A stretch of DNA of 44,536 nucleotides, taken from positions 1-44,536 of the forward strand of contig CAZLVZ010000002.1 of assembly GCA_964563465.1 (NCBI GenBank), read 5' to 3'. This document shows, in pieces, positions 26,939 through 35,212 of the stretch. How positions within the stretch are numbered: the first letter of the stretch is position 1; each line of letters begins with the position of its first letter. Under the pieces are notes generated by a model, which was given only the letters and a program-made list of their open reading frames with translations, was not told where the DNA came from and did no database searches. This DNA comes from an uncultured Candidatus Saccharibacteria bacterium. Lineage in GTDB: Bacteria; Patescibacteriota; Minisyncoccia; Minisyncoccales; PEYH01. The position numbers were made by a program, and so were the translations under genes.

Positions 26939-27016
26939 AAAAAATTTAGTCACCCTTCGCTACGCTCAGGGTATAAGAATTTCTAATACTCATTTTATTC
27001 GTGAAGAAATTTTAAC

Positions 27017-28846
27017 ATGTGCGGTATAATTGGATACATTGGTAAAAAAGACGCCCTTCCTGTAATTATGGAAGGGCTGAAGCGACTTGAATACAGGGGC
27101 TACGACTCTGCGGGAGTCGTTGTTTTTGATAAGAATAACAATGCTCAAGCCGTGAAAGCAAAGGGAAAAATTAAAGATTTAAGAGAGAGATTAAAAGCAA
27201 GAGAGATAAAGGGCAACTTCGGCATTGGGCATTCAAGATGGGCGACTCACGGGATTCCATCGGAGATTAATGCTCATCCGCACTGGGATTGTAAAAAAGA
27301 AATTTTTGTTGTTCACAATGGAATTATTGAAAATTATTTGAAGTTAAGAAATGAGTTAAAAAAAGAGGGTCATAAATTTATTTCTGAAACAGATACGGAA
27401 GTTTTAGCTCATTTAATTGCGAAACATTGGCAGGGAAATTTAGAAGAAGCAACGAGATTAGCCCTAAAAGAAGTAGTTGGCGCTTATGCGATTGCGGTCG
27501 TATCGTCTCTTGACCCTCAAAAAATTGTTTTTGCCCGTCAATCAAGTCCATTACTTATTGGCTTGGGTGATGGAGAAAACTTTGTCGCCTCTGATGCGCC
27601 GGCAATTATGGGACACACCAAACAAGTTATTTATTTAGAAGATGGAGAAATGGGAGTAATCACTCCGAACGATTTCCAGATATTTAATCTAGACAGAGAA
27701 ACAATAAACAAGGAAACTCACAATTTAGAATGGGATGTTCAACAAGCAGAGAAAGGCGGTTATTCTCATTTTATGCTTAAAGAGACCATGGAACAGCCCG
27801 AGGTTATTAAAAATGCAATAAGAGGGAGAATAATTTTAGACCAAGGGACTGCTAAGTTGGGTGGGATAGAATCTATAGCCGATAAATTGAAAAAAATAGA
27901 CAGGTTAATAATTGTCGGAATGGGAAGCGCTCTTTTAGCAGGTAGAGTCGGAGAATATATGATTGAAGAATACGCCGGCATTCCTGTTGAAGTAGAAAAC
28001 GCTTCGGAGTTTCGTTACAAAAAGTCAGTATTTAGGAAAAATGATGCAATTTTAGCAATTTCTCAATCAGGAGAAACAGCAGACACTCTTTTCGCCATAA
28101 AAGAAGCAAAAAGAAAAGGCATTTTATGCTTATCTATTGTAAATGTTGTTGGTTCAAGCATGACCAGAGAAGTGGATGCTGGTATTTATAACCATGCTGG
28201 TCCGGAAATTGGAGTTGCCGCTACTAAATCATTCATTTCTCAATTATCTGTTTTAGCACTTTTAACAGTATTTTTAGGAAGACAAAGAGAAATGTCTTTA
28301 GTTATGGGAAAAAGAATTTTAGAGGAGCTTGTTAAGATTCCAGATTTAGCGAAAGATATTTTGGCACAGAGAGATAGGGTTAAAGAGCTCGCTAAAAAAT
28401 ATTATCAATGCGAAAATTTTCTTTATCTTGGACGAAAATATAATTTTCCGATTGCGTTAGAGGGCGCATTAAAATTAAAAGAGACTTCTTATATCCATGC
28501 CGAAGGTCTCTCCGCAGGGGAAATGAAACACGGCTCTATTGCAATGATAGACAAGGAATTTCCTTGTTTTGTTATTGCTCCGAAAGATAGTATTTATGAA
28601 AAAATGGTTTCAACTATTCAGGAAATTAAAGCCAGAAATGGAAAAGTGATTGCTTTGACCACAGAGGATAATCAAGAGATTTCAAACATGATTGATGATT
28701 ATATTTTTATTCCTAAAACATTAGAAATGCTTACTCCGATTTTATCCGTTATTCCCTTACAGCTTTTTGCCTATTTTGTAAGTGTTTTGCGTGGTTATAA
28801 TCCAGACAAACCTCGCAATCTTGCAAAATCAGTTACAGTTGAGTAA
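27017..28846 (+). CDS. glmS: Glutamine--fructose-6-phosphate aminotransferase
   Basis: It begins MCGIIGYIG (N-terminal nucleophile Cys), has two SIS domains and ends ...NLAKSVTVE. Confidence 0.95.
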   Translation: MCGIIGYIGKKDALPVIMEGLKRLEYRGYDSAGVVVFDKNNNAQAVKAKGKIKDLRERLKAREIKGNFGIGHSRWATHGIPSEINAHPHWDCKKEIFVVHNGIIENYLKLRNELKKEGHKFISETDTEVLAHLIAKHWQGNLEEATRLALKEVVGAYAIAVVSSLDPQKIVFARQSSPLLIGLGDGENFVASDAPAIMGHTKQVIYLEDGEMGVITPNDFQIFNLDRETINKETHNLEWDVQQAEKGGYSHFMLKETMEQPEVIKNAIRGRIILDQGTAKLGGIESIADKLKKIDRLIIVGMGSALLAGRVGEYMIEEYAGIPVEVENASEFRYKKSVFRKNDAILAISQSGETADTLFAIKEAKRKGILCLSIVNVVGSSMTREVDAGIYNHAGPEIGVAATKSFISQLSVLALLTVFLGRQREMSLVMGKRILEELVKIPDLAKDILAQRDRVKELAKKYYQCENFLYLGRKYNFPIALEGALKLKETSYIHAEGLSAGEMKHGSIAMIDKEFPCFVIAPKDSIYEKMVSTIQEIKARNGKVIALTTEDNQEISNMIDDYIFIPKTLEMLTPILSVIPLQLFAYFVSVLRGYNPDKPRNLAKSVTVE

Positions 28847-28947
28847 GAAAACTTTACGCCTTTATTTTTTATGTTAATATGGTGATATTATATGTTAAGT
28901 GAAAAAATTGATTATTTGTTTTATCTAATTATTTTAAACACTTTGTT

Positions 28948-30144
28948 ATGAAAACCAACATTAAGGCCGTAATTTTAACTGCTGGTCGCGGAGAAAGAAT
29001 GCAACCGCTTTCTTTTCAAAAACAAAAACATTTAATAAGACTTTTAGGAAAAAGTATTTTAGAACATAACTTAGACCAATTAAACAACATCGTTGAGGAG
29101 GTAATTTTAGTAATAAGGCCGGATGACAAGTGCAAAGAGATTAAGGATCTTATAGGAGATAGATACAAAAAATTAAAGATAAAATATGCAATTCAAGAAA
29201 AAGCATTGGGAACTGGTGATGCGGCTAAATCTGCCTTATCTTTGATTAAAGATAAGTTTTTTTTATTGAATGGTGATGATTTATATGACAAAAAAGATAT
29301 TCAAAAAGTTTTGAAGAAATTTCCCTGTCTATTAGCTAAAGAAGTAAAGCAACCTAAATTTTTTGGAATAGTTGAAGAGGAGAAAGGGATAATTAAATCC
29401 TTTATTGAAAAACCGTCTAAGCCAAAATCAAACTTGGCTAATAGTGGTTTTTATTTCTTGTCAAAAGAAATTTTTAATTTTTCCATCGAGAAATCTTCAA
29501 GAGGAGAATATGAATTTACCGATTATATTAAACAATTTATTAAAGATAATAAATTAAATGTAGTAAAAGCAGACCAATGGATTCCCGTTTCTTATTGTTG
29601 GAATTTACTAGAAGCGAACAAGGCCCTTTTATCTGTGGCCAAAAAATTAAATCAAGGAAAAATTGAGTCAGGGTGTCACATTTCAGGCAAAATTATTATT
29701 AGTAGAGGGACTGTGATTAAAGGTGGAACATATATTGAAGGACCGGTTTGGATCGGTAAGGATTGCGTTATAGGACCAAATTCTTTTTTGAGGAAATTTA
29801 CCTGCCTTGGCGATAATTGTAGGATTGGGCAGGCAGTGGAAATAAAAAATTCTGTTATCGGCGACAATACTAATATTGCTCACCTTTCTTATGTCGGTGA
29901 TTCTATTATTGGAGACAATTGCAACTTAGGAGCAGAAACCATTACTGCCAACCTTCGGCATGACGGGAAAACCATTAAAACGAATATTAAGAATAAACTA
30001 ATTGATACCAAAAGAATAAAATTCGGAACAGTTTTGGGAGATAGTGTTAAAACTGGCATAGGCACATTAATTTATCCGGGTAGAAAGATTTGGCCAAATA
30101 AAAAGACTTTGCCAGGAGAAAAAGTTATAAAAGACATAAAATAA
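28948..30144 (+). CDS. Sugar-1-phosphate nucleotidyltransferase fused to a left-handed beta-helix acyltransferase domain (GlmU-like, archaeal-type architecture)
   Basis: The N-terminus reads AVILTAGRGERMQPLS...GTGDA. The C-terminal hexapeptide repeats include IGDNTNIAHLSYVGDSIIGDNCNLGA. It lies next to glmS. Confidence 0.7.
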   Translation: MKTNIKAVILTAGRGERMQPLSFQKQKHLIRLLGKSILEHNLDQLNNIVEEVILVIRPDDKCKEIKDLIGDRYKKLKIKYAIQEKALGTGDAAKSALSLIKDKFFLLNGDDLYDKKDIQKVLKKFPCLLAKEVKQPKFFGIVEEEKGIIKSFIEKPSKPKSNLANSGFYFLSKEIFNFSIEKSSRGEYEFTDYIKQFIKDNKLNVVKADQWIPVSYCWNLLEANKALLSVAKKLNQGKIESGCHISGKIIISRGTVIKGGTYIEGPVWIGKDCVIGPNSFLRKFTCLGDNCRIGQAVEIKNSVIGDNTNIAHLSYVGDSIIGDNCNLGAETITANLRHDGKTIKTNIKNKLIDTKRIKFGTVLGDSVKTGIGTLIYPGRKIWPNKKTLPGEKVIKDIK

Positions 30145-30157
30145 TAAACAACTATTT

Positions 30158-31078
30158 ATGAAAAAGGTTAGGGCATTAGTTTTGTTTTCTGGGGGATTGG
30201 ATTCTATATTGGCAACTAAGCTTTTGATGGAGCAGGGAATTAAAGTAGAAGGACTGACCCTTAAGAGTTGTTTTTGGAAGACAGATTATGCGAAAGAGGC
30301 ATCTAAAAAACTTGGTATTAAATTGAAAATAGTTGATTTTTCAAAGGAGCATTTGAAAATGATAAAATGCCCGAAACACGGATATGGCAAAAATATGAAT
30401 CCTTGTATTGACTGTCACTCTTTAATGTTCAAGATTGCTAAGAGCATTATGCAAAAGGAAAATTTTGATTTTGTCGCCACAGGCGAAGTTTTGGGAGAAC
30501 GGCCAATGTCTCAGAACAAGAACTCCTTAGAATTAATAGAAAAAGAATCTGGCCTAATCGGACATCTTCTACGGCCATTATCAGCAAAATTATTAGAATC
30601 AACAGAAATAGAGAAAAAAGGATTAGTAGATAGAGAAAAACTATTAGACATTAGAGGTAGGTCAAGGAAAAAACAATTAACATTAGCAAAAAAATGGAAA
30701 ATTAAAGATTACCCCACACCGGCTGGAGGATGTCTTCTAACGGATCCCGAGTTTAGTAAAAGATTAAGAGAGCTACTTGATAAATATCCAAAAATATTAG
30801 AAAATGATATTAAGCTTTTAAAGATTGGTCGTCATTTTTGGAATAAAGGCAATAAAATTATTGTTGGGAGAAATCATAAAGAAAATTTAGCGATAAAGAG
30901 ATTAAGACAGAAAAACGATGTCTTGATTGAACTTCAAGGATTGACCGGACCAACGACTTTGGTGAGGAATTATGGAAAGAAGATTTCCAAAGAACTGATT
31001 AAAAAAGCAAAAGATCTTACAAAATATTATTCGCTTAAAGCGAGAGCTAAAAAAGATTTAAAATTTAAAATATTTTAA
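30158..31078 (+). CDS. PP-loop ATP pyrophosphatase, ThiI/MnmA-like tRNA sulfurtransferase family
   Basis: Motifs seen: the SGGLDS PP-loop, NPCIDCH, ATGEVLGERPMSQ and LLRPL, as in the ThiI catalytic domain. No THUMP domain was seen. Confidence 0.55.
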   Translation: MKKVRALVLFSGGLDSILATKLLMEQGIKVEGLTLKSCFWKTDYAKEASKKLGIKLKIVDFSKEHLKMIKCPKHGYGKNMNPCIDCHSLMFKIAKSIMQKENFDFVATGEVLGERPMSQNKNSLELIEKESGLIGHLLRPLSAKLLESTEIEKKGLVDREKLLDIRGRSRKKQLTLAKKWKIKDYPTPAGGCLLTDPEFSKRLRELLDKYPKILENDIKLLKIGRHFWNKGNKIIVGRNHKENLAIKRLRQKNDVLIELQGLTGPTTLVRNYGKKISKELIKKAKDLTKYYSLKARAKKDLKFKIF

Positions 31079-31080
31079 TT

Positions 31081-32283
31081 ATGTTTCCTAAATTTTCTTT
31101 TGAAGAGATTTCTAATTATTTTTTAAAAACGGAATCAAATCAATTTTTTGTTAGCGTAGCTATTCGCTATCTGGCGTTAGGGATGGTTGCTATCTTTGAG
31201 CCAGTTTATCTTTACTTATATTTCGGCAGGTCAGTAAGCTATGTTTTATTGTTCTGGGCGGCATTTTCGGGTATTGTTGCTTTAACGGTTGTTTTTGGAG
31301 GGAGGATTATGGCGCGAATCGGCCTAAAAAGAACAATGCTTTTGTCTAATCTTTTCTTTTTTGGTTATTACATTTGCCTTTTTTTTATTAAAGATTTTTT
31401 TCTATTAGCAGCATTAGCAATAATTTTGAGAGCAATAGCGGCGACTCTTTTTTGGCCTGCCTTCCATACGGATTTTATTCGTTTTTCAAAAACTCATCGT
31501 CGTGCTGAAGGCGTGGGGAAGATGAGTGCCATATGTTTAACTGCTGGAATTCTTAGTCCAATTATTGGCGGTATCATTCTAACAGGACTCGGCTACGCCG
31601 CCTTGTTCACCGTTGTCTTAATTACTCTTTTTGCCTCAACTTTTCCATTATTCCTCTCCAAAGAACGGCATGAGATTTATACTGATTCTTATAGCCAGGC
31701 ATGGAAGAGAATTTGGAAAAATAAAGAAGTGAGCTTATCTTTAGTGTCTTTAGGTATTGAGGGCGGGGTAGATATATTCATGTGGCCTATCTTTATTTTT
31801 ACTCTTGGCGTGAGTTATCAAGAGATGGGTGGCATATCCACTTTTGCTTTACTGATTTCTGCCCTTTTTGCTTTTTATATGGGCAAAATAACTGCCAGAA
31901 AAAATCATTTTAAGTTATTAAACATTGGTTCGGTGTTTTTAGCCATTTCTTGGGTAGTGAAATATTTCGTTGTGAATGCTTTTTCCGCACTTTTGGCTCA
32001 GAATTTTTATAGAATGGCCAAAACAAGCGCGCTTATTCCATTTAGAACCATATTATATAACAAGGCAGCTGCCAAAAAAGGACAGGCCGATGAGTTTATT
32101 ATTTATCGCGAGATTGTTCTTAATCTTTCTCGCTTTTTCTTTTTTATGTTTCTGGCAGGAATTTTCTTTATTGTAGATAAAATTAATTTAAGTTTTATAA
32201 TCGCCGCTATTGCTTCTACTGGGTTTAGCTTTTTAGCAAAACCACGATTATTTTCTTTTAAAACGAAAAAAGCGAAAACCTAA
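31081..32283 (+). CDS. MFS-type transporter
   Basis: 400 aa with about 12 hydrophobic segments and a basic loop GGRIMARIGLKRT after TM2. Confidence 0.7.
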   Translation: MFPKFSFEEISNYFLKTESNQFFVSVAIRYLALGMVAIFEPVYLYLYFGRSVSYVLLFWAAFSGIVALTVVFGGRIMARIGLKRTMLLSNLFFFGYYICLFFIKDFFLLAALAIILRAIAATLFWPAFHTDFIRFSKTHRRAEGVGKMSAICLTAGILSPIIGGIILTGLGYAALFTVVLITLFASTFPLFLSKERHEIYTDSYSQAWKRIWKNKEVSLSLVSLGIEGGVDIFMWPIFIFTLGVSYQEMGGISTFALLISALFAFYMGKITARKNHFKLLNIGSVFLAISWVVKYFVVNAFSALLAQNFYRMAKTSALIPFRTILYNKAAAKKGQADEFIIYREIVLNLSRFFFFMFLAGIFFIVDKINLSFIIAAIASTGFSFLAKPRLFSFKTKKAKT

Positions 32284-32314
32284 TTTATGGATTTATGCTT
32301 TTGTTTTTTTGATA

Positions 32315-32578
32315 CTATTTTTTACGACCGAGTCTTTGGAGTTGGATTGAAACAATAACCACAATTACTGTAATTATTGTGGCATATACAAATTTGCTAA
32401 TTATACTACCCTTATCTTTGAATAAATTTTCAAATAAGCTTTTAATTGCCTCGTTCCATGCGAGCGCCGCAACTAAGCCAAAGCCACCCATAATAAGGGT
32501 GATGCTTTTTTCTTGAATAGCGATGCTCGTTTTACGAGCTTTTCTTATTGCTTTTTTTCTTTTGCTTTCTTTTTCCAT
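32315..32578 (-). CDS. Small membrane protein (DUF5654-like)
   Basis: 87 aa with a basic N-terminus and two TM segments. The core GFGLVAALAWNEAIKSLF matches the family as I recall it. Confidence 0.5.
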   Translation of the reverse strand: MEKESKRKKAIRKARKTSIAIQEKSITLIMGGFGLVAALAWNEAIKSLFENLFKDKGSIISKFVYATIITVIVVIVSIQLQRLGRKK

Positions 32579-32621
32579 ATTTATTGTGTTAAAATATACT
32601 TAATTATTTAATCATTTTATC

Positions 32622-33704
32622 ATGTATTTTGATTTCACGAAAATTTTAGAGTTTAAGCCAGAAATTTTAGATTTTAAATTCGGAGGAAATACATTATTAC
32701 AATACATACTTGCTTTTGGTGTTTTCCTGCTAAGCATTTTTATCTTAATGATTTTTGAGAAAATTGTAGTTCATAAATTAAAGAAAATAGCAAAAAGAAC
32801 TGCTATAGAGATTGACGATATTTTAATGGCGATGATTGGTGCTATTGGTTGGCCGTTTTATGCTTTTTGGTCTTTCTATATTGCTCTTCGTTTTATTAGT
32901 ATTCCTCAATTTTTTTACGAATATCTACCGAGTATAATTTTTGTTCTGACAATTTATTATATTGCAAAAATTATTCAAGTTTTAATTGATTATTGGACTC
33001 ATAAACTCGCTGTAGAAAAAGAGGAAGCATTAAAAATAGATAGCTCCTCGGCGAAGTTTTTGCGCCGGATTTTAAAAGGAGTTTTATGGATGATAACCAT
33101 TATTTTGATTCTTCAGAATTTAGGATACAATATTTCTACAATAGTAGCTGGACTTGGCATTGGTGGCATTGCCATTGCTTTTGCTTTACAGAATATTTTA
33201 GAAGATATTTTTGCTTCTTTTTCTATTCATTTTGATAAACCGTTCCAAATCGGTGATTTTATTGTTATGGGAGAAGAAAAGGGAACAGTAAAAAGCATTG
33301 GTATGAAATCTACCCGACTTCAATCCTTGCAAGGCGAAGAGTTGATAATTTCCAACAGGGAACTTACGGAAGCAAGAGTCCATAACTTCAAGAGAATGGA
33401 GAAGAGGCGAATTGTTTTTAACCTTGGAGTTGCCTATGAAACACCAACAAAGAAATTAAAAAAGATTCCAGATATAATAAGAAAAATCGGAGACAAAATT
33501 GATTTAGTAGAAATAGATAGGACTTATTTTAAGGAATTTGCTGATTTTAGTTTGAATTTTGAAATTGTCTATTTTTTAAATTCAATTGATTTTGATGTTT
33601 TTGTAAAAACGAGAGAGAAAATTAATATAGCTATTAAAGAAGTATTTGAAAAAGAAGGTATTGAAATGGCTTATCCTACTCAAACAGTTTTTGTTAAGAA
33701 ATAA
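32622..33704 (+). CDS. Mechanosensitive ion channel (MscS family)
   Basis: The pore helix reads GLGIGGIAIAFALQNILEDIFAS. The beta-domain reads FQIGDFIVMGEEKGTVKSIGMKSTRLQSLQGEELIISN. Confidence 0.85.
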   Translation: MYFDFTKILEFKPEILDFKFGGNTLLQYILAFGVFLLSIFILMIFEKIVVHKLKKIAKRTAIEIDDILMAMIGAIGWPFYAFWSFYIALRFISIPQFFYEYLPSIIFVLTIYYIAKIIQVLIDYWTHKLAVEKEEALKIDSSSAKFLRRILKGVLWMITIILILQNLGYNISTIVAGLGIGGIAIAFALQNILEDIFASFSIHFDKPFQIGDFIVMGEEKGTVKSIGMKSTRLQSLQGEELIISNRELTEARVHNFKRMEKRRIVFNLGVAYETPTKKLKKIPDIIRKIGDKIDLVEIDRTYFKEFADFSLNFEIVYFLNSIDFDVFVKTREKINIAIKEVFEKEGIEMAYPTQTVFVKK

Positions 33705-33709
33705 GAAAA

Positions 33710-33736
33710 CCAACCATTGAAGTTATCGCTGGTTGG
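33710..33736. terminator. Possible bidirectional stem-loop between convergent genes (CCAACC...GGTTGG)
   Basis: A 6-bp stem with a 15-nt loop, lying between the mscS-like stop and the stop of the receiver-like gene. There is no clear T tract. Confidence 0.3.
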
Positions 33737-33746
33737 CAGATATTGT

Positions 33747-34103
33747 TTATAGCTCAAGAAAATGCTCTAACGCCGGGACCAATGAATCATGGTCCGTGGC
33801 ATAATCGCATCCAGCTCTTACGAGCTTGTCTTGATAACTGGGTGTGTTGGATGTTCCAACAAGAATTAGACCAGGAAGAGATTCTTTAAGCTCTTGGGCG
33901 AATTCTATGGAGTCGGAAATTGGTCCATGAATTCTGGCATTCAGCACAACGAGATTTATGCCTGGTTCCTTCTTGATTTTTTCATGAGCCTCCTGAATAG
34001 TAGAGGTCATTAGGAAGTTTATCTTTTTACTCAATTCTCTCTCGAGCATTTTCTTTGGCCAATCCAAATCCTCAACAACTAACACCATAGGCATTTCGTC
34101 CAC
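33747..34103 (-). CDS. Stand-alone CheY-like receiver domain, predicted pseudo-receiver (phospho-acceptor Asp replaced by Asn)
   Basis: VLVVED...INLVVLNARIHG...LILVGTSN follows the receiver beta-alpha pattern, but N55 sits where the acceptor Asp should be, and the conserved Lys before the last helix is absent (DYATDHD). A GTG start is preceded by AGGAGG at 5-nt spacing. The gene is visibly more G+C-rich than its neighbours. Confidence 0.6.
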   Translation of the reverse strand: MDEMPMVLVVEDLDWPKKMLERELSKKINFLMTSTIQEAHEKIKKEPGINLVVLNARIHGPISDSIEFAQELKESLPGLILVGTSNTPSYQDKLVRAGCDYATDHDSLVPALEHFLEL

Positions 34104-34130
34104 AGTGACCTCCTGTTATAAGGAACAATT

Positions 34131-34160
34131 TTGCTATAGTTTTTATGTTTTCTATAGCAA
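34131..34160. promoter_or_regulatory. Perfect 9-bp inverted repeat TTGCTATAG-N12-CTATAGCAA in the divergent promoter region
   Basis: It lies between the receiver-like gene (-) and the parA-like gene (+), 28 nt upstream of the GTG of the receiver-like gene. Confidence 0.35.
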
Positions 34161-34277
34161 GACAACATTACTATATAATTTTAAAAAAGTCAAATTAAAC
34201 ATCATTAGAATTAACTTATTAATACTTCAAGAGAATATTTATTTGTAAATTTTTAGAAATTATTTTAGAATAAATTA

Positions 34278-35036
34278 ATGGCACGAGTTATTGCTATAGC
34301 CAACTTAAAAGGAGGTGTGGGCAGAACCAATGTCTGTGTAAACCTTTCTATGTTTTTGTCTGCTTTGGGTAAGCGGGTTTTGCTTATTGATTTGAGTCCC
34401 CAAGGAGACGCCACTTTTTGTTTAGGGATTAAGTCATCGCCAAATTTTATTGGCGATGTTTTAATTAAAAAAGTTAAACCCAAGATTGCTATTAGAAGTA
34501 CTCCTTATTTTGGTTACGACATCATACCATCTTTTCCGCGCCTGAATGAAACAATATCTAAGCTTAAGGGAGAACGAAAAGCAGAGAAGCGATTAGACGA
34601 AGCATTAGACAATATTAAAGATGATTATGATTTTGTTATTATTGACACTCCGTCTGATTTTAATCTTTTAATTGCTAATACGCTTATTGCTGCTGACGAG
34701 ATTATTATTCCTGTTCAATGTGAACATTTAGCGCTTATGGGAGCAAAACGATTGGCCAATTTCGTCAAATCATTTAAGAACCTTAAAGACAAAAAAATTA
34801 ATATTCTTTTAACAATGTATGGATGGAGAAGCTTACTTTCCAGGACTATTGCCAAAAGAACCAAAAAAGAATTTCCCAATTCTGTTTTTAACACTATTAT
34901 TCCGAGAGCGGCAATTTTGGCTCAAGCTACAGAATCAAAAGAGCCGATTCTAAAATCCGCCCCAAACTCGCGCGCTTCTCGTGCTTTTCGTCAATTAGCA
35001 GAAGAAGTTATTAACAGTGGAAAGAACAAAAAATAA
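34278..35036 (+). CDS. ParA/Soj-family ATPase with non-canonical Walker A and catalytic Asp positions; no adjacent parB
   Basis: The family fold is obvious (IAIANLKGGVGRTNVCVNLS..., VLLIDLSPQGDAT, FVIIDTPS). However it reads KGGVGRT rather than KGGVGKT, and DLSPQ rather than DLDPQ. Confidence 0.85.
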   Translation: MARVIAIANLKGGVGRTNVCVNLSMFLSALGKRVLLIDLSPQGDATFCLGIKSSPNFIGDVLIKKVKPKIAIRSTPYFGYDIIPSFPRLNETISKLKGERKAEKRLDEALDNIKDDYDFVIIDTPSDFNLLIANTLIAADEIIIPVQCEHLALMGAKRLANFVKSFKNLKDKKINILLTMYGWRSLLSRTIAKRTKKEFPNSVFNTIIPRAAILAQATESKEPILKSAPNSRASRAFRQLAEEVINSGKNKK

Positions 35037-35058
35037 TTAATTATTTATTATTAAAAAA

Positions 35059-35086
35059 CATTGAGATAAACACTCAATGTTTTTTT
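35059..35086. terminator. Bidirectional intrinsic terminator between the parA-like gene and tRNA-Leu
   Basis: CATTGAG-ATAAACA-CTCAATG forms a 7-bp stem, flanked by AAAAAA upstream and TTTTTTT downstream. Confidence 0.7.
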
Positions 35087-35087
35087 G

Positions 35088-35170
35088 TGCCCGGGGTGGG
35101 GGTCGAACCCACATGAACGAAGTCCATGCGATTTTGAATCGCACGCGTATACCAATTCCGCCACCCGGGC
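35088..35170 (-). tRNA. tRNA-Leu (anticodon CAA), class II with long variable arm
   Basis: The minus strand reads GCCCGGG-UG-GCG-GAAUUGGUAUA-CGC-G-UGCGA-UUCAAAA-UCGCA-(variable arm)-GUGGG-UUCGACC-CCCAC-CCCGGGC-A. All stems pair. The CCA end is not encoded. Confidence 0.9.
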
Positions 35171-35212
35171 GTTATTTTTATCTTAAGAAAGAATATCTAT
35201 TTTGTAAATACT

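Noticed and set aside
26939-27016. glmS ribozyme upstream of glmS
   Set aside because: Only about 78 nt of spacer is available, whereas the ribozyme core needs roughly twice that. Apart from one short hairpin (ACCCU...AGGGU), no conserved core elements are visible.
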